A stretch of 50,811 bases of DNA, the filler included, from Bipalium vagum (Eukaryota), in the NCBI GenBank assembly GCA_037834085.1. It is 3 parts of 3 records of this genome, joined end to end, with 100 filler letters (N's around TTAATTAATTAA, not from the genome) between each part and the next. Parts side by side here need not be neighbours in the genome. Positions count along the whole stretch, not along the records: positions 34,148 to 50,811 come from JBBMKC010100022.1; 2 more parts are not named here. The stretch is one strand, 5' to 3'. Shown here piece by piece: positions 48,520 to 50,811 of this stretch. A program made the position numbers and the translations under genes. The first letter of the stretch is position 1; the number at the start of each line of letters is the position of its first letter. The notes below the pieces were generated by a model, which had not been told where the DNA came from, made no database searches, and saw nothing but the letters and a program-made list of their open reading frames with translations.

Positions 48520-48850
48520 ACTTTCTTGAACTCGATAAGGATAAAGGGAAATGTTATAATTATTTCTAATGATACCAATGTAATGGGGAACGTTTCCAGC
48601 TGCACAACCGATGTAGATGTATGCCGAAAATTCCGATGTGGCGAGTTTCTCGCCTAAGTCTGATTTGTTGTCCAGGATTATTAATTGACTTTGGGAAACA
48701 CTTTAGATTATATTTGGAACTGAACTAATGGGAAATATTTCCCGGTTAATTTACTAATTGAATAAAGTATTTCTTCTGCATTGGCTTCTGATCTGGGAAA
48801 TAGTGATATATATATAATGGGGAAAAATTTTCGTTCTCCTTAATCAGTAA
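48520..48850 (+). promoter_or_regulatory. Putative promoter of the small HSP gene
   Basis: TATATAA at 48811-48817, Inr-like TCAGT at 48844-48848, partial HSE dyads TTCttGAA (~48523) and GAAaaTTC (~48626), and clustered GGGAA motifs. Confidence 0.5.
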
Positions 48851-48857
48851 TTTGCCA

Positions 48858-49574
48858 ATGATTGATTTTAGTCAGATTTTGTTGAGTTCGACTTTGCCAG
48901 ATGGGACCATTGACTCGTTGACAACGTCTTCAAATTCCAGGGAATTTTTCCTAAATCGCAACGATAAAGTCCTATATAAAATTGAAATGCCCTATCCTCA
49001 GTGTCACAAGTCTTCTACGAAAATCGTCATTGAAAACAATGACTTAATTATTGATTCGAAATATATCGATAGTAAAGATCCCAAGGTTGTTATGAAAGAA
49101 TCCAGCTTTCGAAATCGTCGAACGCTTCCCAACGGTCTGGATACTAAACAGATGACGTATCGTTTTGTTGACGATTCCTTGCACATTGAAATTCCCGTGC
49201 TTGACAGCTCAAAGTCCCAAATACAGTATTCAAAGGACTGTCTTCAAAGTCGAAATAGAAACGTTAATTCTCTATCGAAAAATCTCCAACATCTAAATCA
49301 TTCAATTGAGAACGATCATTATGTGATCACGGAATATTTTGAATACCCAGTACAACTGAAAGATATGCAACTGAAATTGATCGAAGGATCCACTTTTCAA
49401 CTTCACGGTTTCGGATCCATGTTGTCAGCGGCATCTTCTCGCATCATTGACATAAAAAGGACATATACAGTCAAAGACGGTCTGTACGATATAGAAAATG
49501 CCCGGGCAACATTCTCAGATGAAAATGTATTGAAAATTTACATTCCTTTAAAATTAAAAAGTCAACGATCATGA
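48858..49574 (+). CDS. Small heat-shock protein with two alpha-crystallin domains (flatworm p40/Tsp36-like), intronless, 238 aa
   Basis: Domain 1 ends SSFRNRRTLPNGLDTKQMTYRFVDDSLHIEIP and domain 2 ends IKRTYTV...YDIENARATFSDENVLKIYIP. First ATG at 48858, AATAAA at ~49613. Confidence 0.88.
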   Translation: MIDFSQILLSSTLPDGTIDSLTTSSNSREFFLNRNDKVLYKIEMPYPQCHKSSTKIVIENNDLIIDSKYIDSKDPKVVMKESSFRNRRTLPNGLDTKQMTYRFVDDSLHIEIPVLDSSKSQIQYSKDCLQSRNRNVNSLSKNLQHLNHSIENDHYVITEYFEYPVQLKDMQLKLIEGSTFQLHGFGSMLSAASSRIIDIKRTYTVKDGLYDIENARATFSDENVLKIYIPLKLKSQRS

Positions 49575-49989
49575 AGAGAAAAGTGTTGTTTTACTTTTAT
49601 TGATTTGTTTAAAATAAATCGCTACCATAGTAACTGTATATGTAATCTTTTTAACATTAAAAGACGAAAATATATATCGACGTGAAACAGGAAAATGTCA
49701 TGGCATTATGTTATCTTCACCGTTGAATTGATATTTCCCATTGATTAAATTGTGAACGAATCTCCTTGATGAAAAACAGATTCCACCAGCAGATAGTTGA
49801 CATTAAGGTGAGACTTTTCCCCAAATGCCATTCACGAATAACGGTTTCGCAAATGGTAAATGATTTCAATAGTTTCATAGAAACGAGATCACCTTAGTCT
49901 CTTAAACATTATTTTTGTAGTTCTGATAGAAAGACAGAATTCGTTGTTTTAAAATTATTACTTATTATTATTATTATTTTTTTAATGAG

Positions 49990-50707
49990 AATTTAGTTTT
50001 GCAAAGGATTTGGAGTTTCATTTTTATCATCCCATTGTGATGATCACTTACAGTTATCATAGATGACCCATTTCTCACTATACGTAATTATCTGATGAAA
50101 AAGTGGATCAATTTTGTTCCGTAAGAGTAGGTTAGAGAAGATCTCATATCGACAGATTTCGTAGTCATAGGTTTTTTCATAAGGAATCCATTAATCCTTT
50201 TTTTCTTCCCAATTTGTAACAGGATACTGTCGCAGTGCTCATAAGTAATTGTCCTGTTAACTTTTGAACGGTTGCACTAGGATTCGCCTCTATGGTGGTT
50301 GTGCGAAAGTCATTACTAAAGCTGCCCTTTAAGCTTCTACCGACTTTCTCTTCCAGACTCGTAATCCCATTTCGAAAATTTTCGAACCATCGTTGAATGC
50401 TGCGTTCATTAATTGAACCGTGGCCAAATATCGTATTCATTTTCCGTATGGTTTCAGCAGCATTTTGTCCGAGTTTAAACTCGTACAAGGCAATTACAAG
50501 AAAATTATGGATTTTGCAATGCATATTGATTTAACATTAAAATATAAAAATCAATAGTTAATCTTTAAAAAATACATTAAAATATAGAGCGATTTCTACG
50601 AATAGATTGATTCATAATAAGACAGGATTTAATCACAATATAATATGCTTAGTTTCCTAGCAAATCTTAACTTCAATAAATTCGACATTTTTTATGTAGC
50701 AACCTAA
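49990..50707 (-). mobile_element. Mariner element 5' part
   Basis: TA plus a TTAGGTTG-type TIR at ~50685-50709. Translation gives LYEFKLGQNAAETIRKMNTIFG..RWFENFRNG..SLEE and LLRNKIDPLFHQIITYSEKWVIYDN. Confidence 0.9.
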
Positions 50708-50745
50708 TATTAGTGTTATTATAATTTCTTACTGATTATTATTGC

Positions 50746-50747
<2 letters not shown>

Positions 50748-50811
<64 letters not shown>
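50748..50811. repeat. (TAT)n microsatellite
   Basis: Directly visible, running to the window end. Confidence 0.97.

Overview
Very AT-rich, intron-containing animal genomic DNA. It is most likely from a planarian (triclad) flatworm, inferred from the 42-54 nt introns, (ATT)n microsatellites and a two-domain p40-type small HSP. The window is a joined assembly: two artificial 100-bp spacers (N44-TTAATTAATTAA-N44) and one 138-N gap mean adjacency across those points is unproven. Host genes are an M60/TCAF-type zinc metallopeptidase (+, one 2.3-kb exon, intact HEXXH..E), a KHDRBS/Sam68-type STAR RNA-binding protein (-, 3 coding exons), lethal giant larvae (-, at least 11 exons, long E/K-rich insertion, C-terminal part not found), a secreted PAN/apple-domain protein (-, 2 exons) and a two-alpha-crystallin small HSP (+). 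The rest is mostly decayed mobile DNA: many mariner/Tc1/maT/IS630-like and hAT relics plus unclassified dispersed repeats. The most unusual region is 42.5-47.8 kb. There, the 3' half of a Ty3/Gypsy element carries a small env-like type I membrane ORF reached by a -1 shift and a further ~500-codon orphan ORF. It is joined directly to a Maverick/Polinton (adintovirus-like) ZnF-PLA2-integrase gene, and a Maverick capsid fragment lies ~9 kb away. All calls come from manual translation and motif recognition; no database searches were run.
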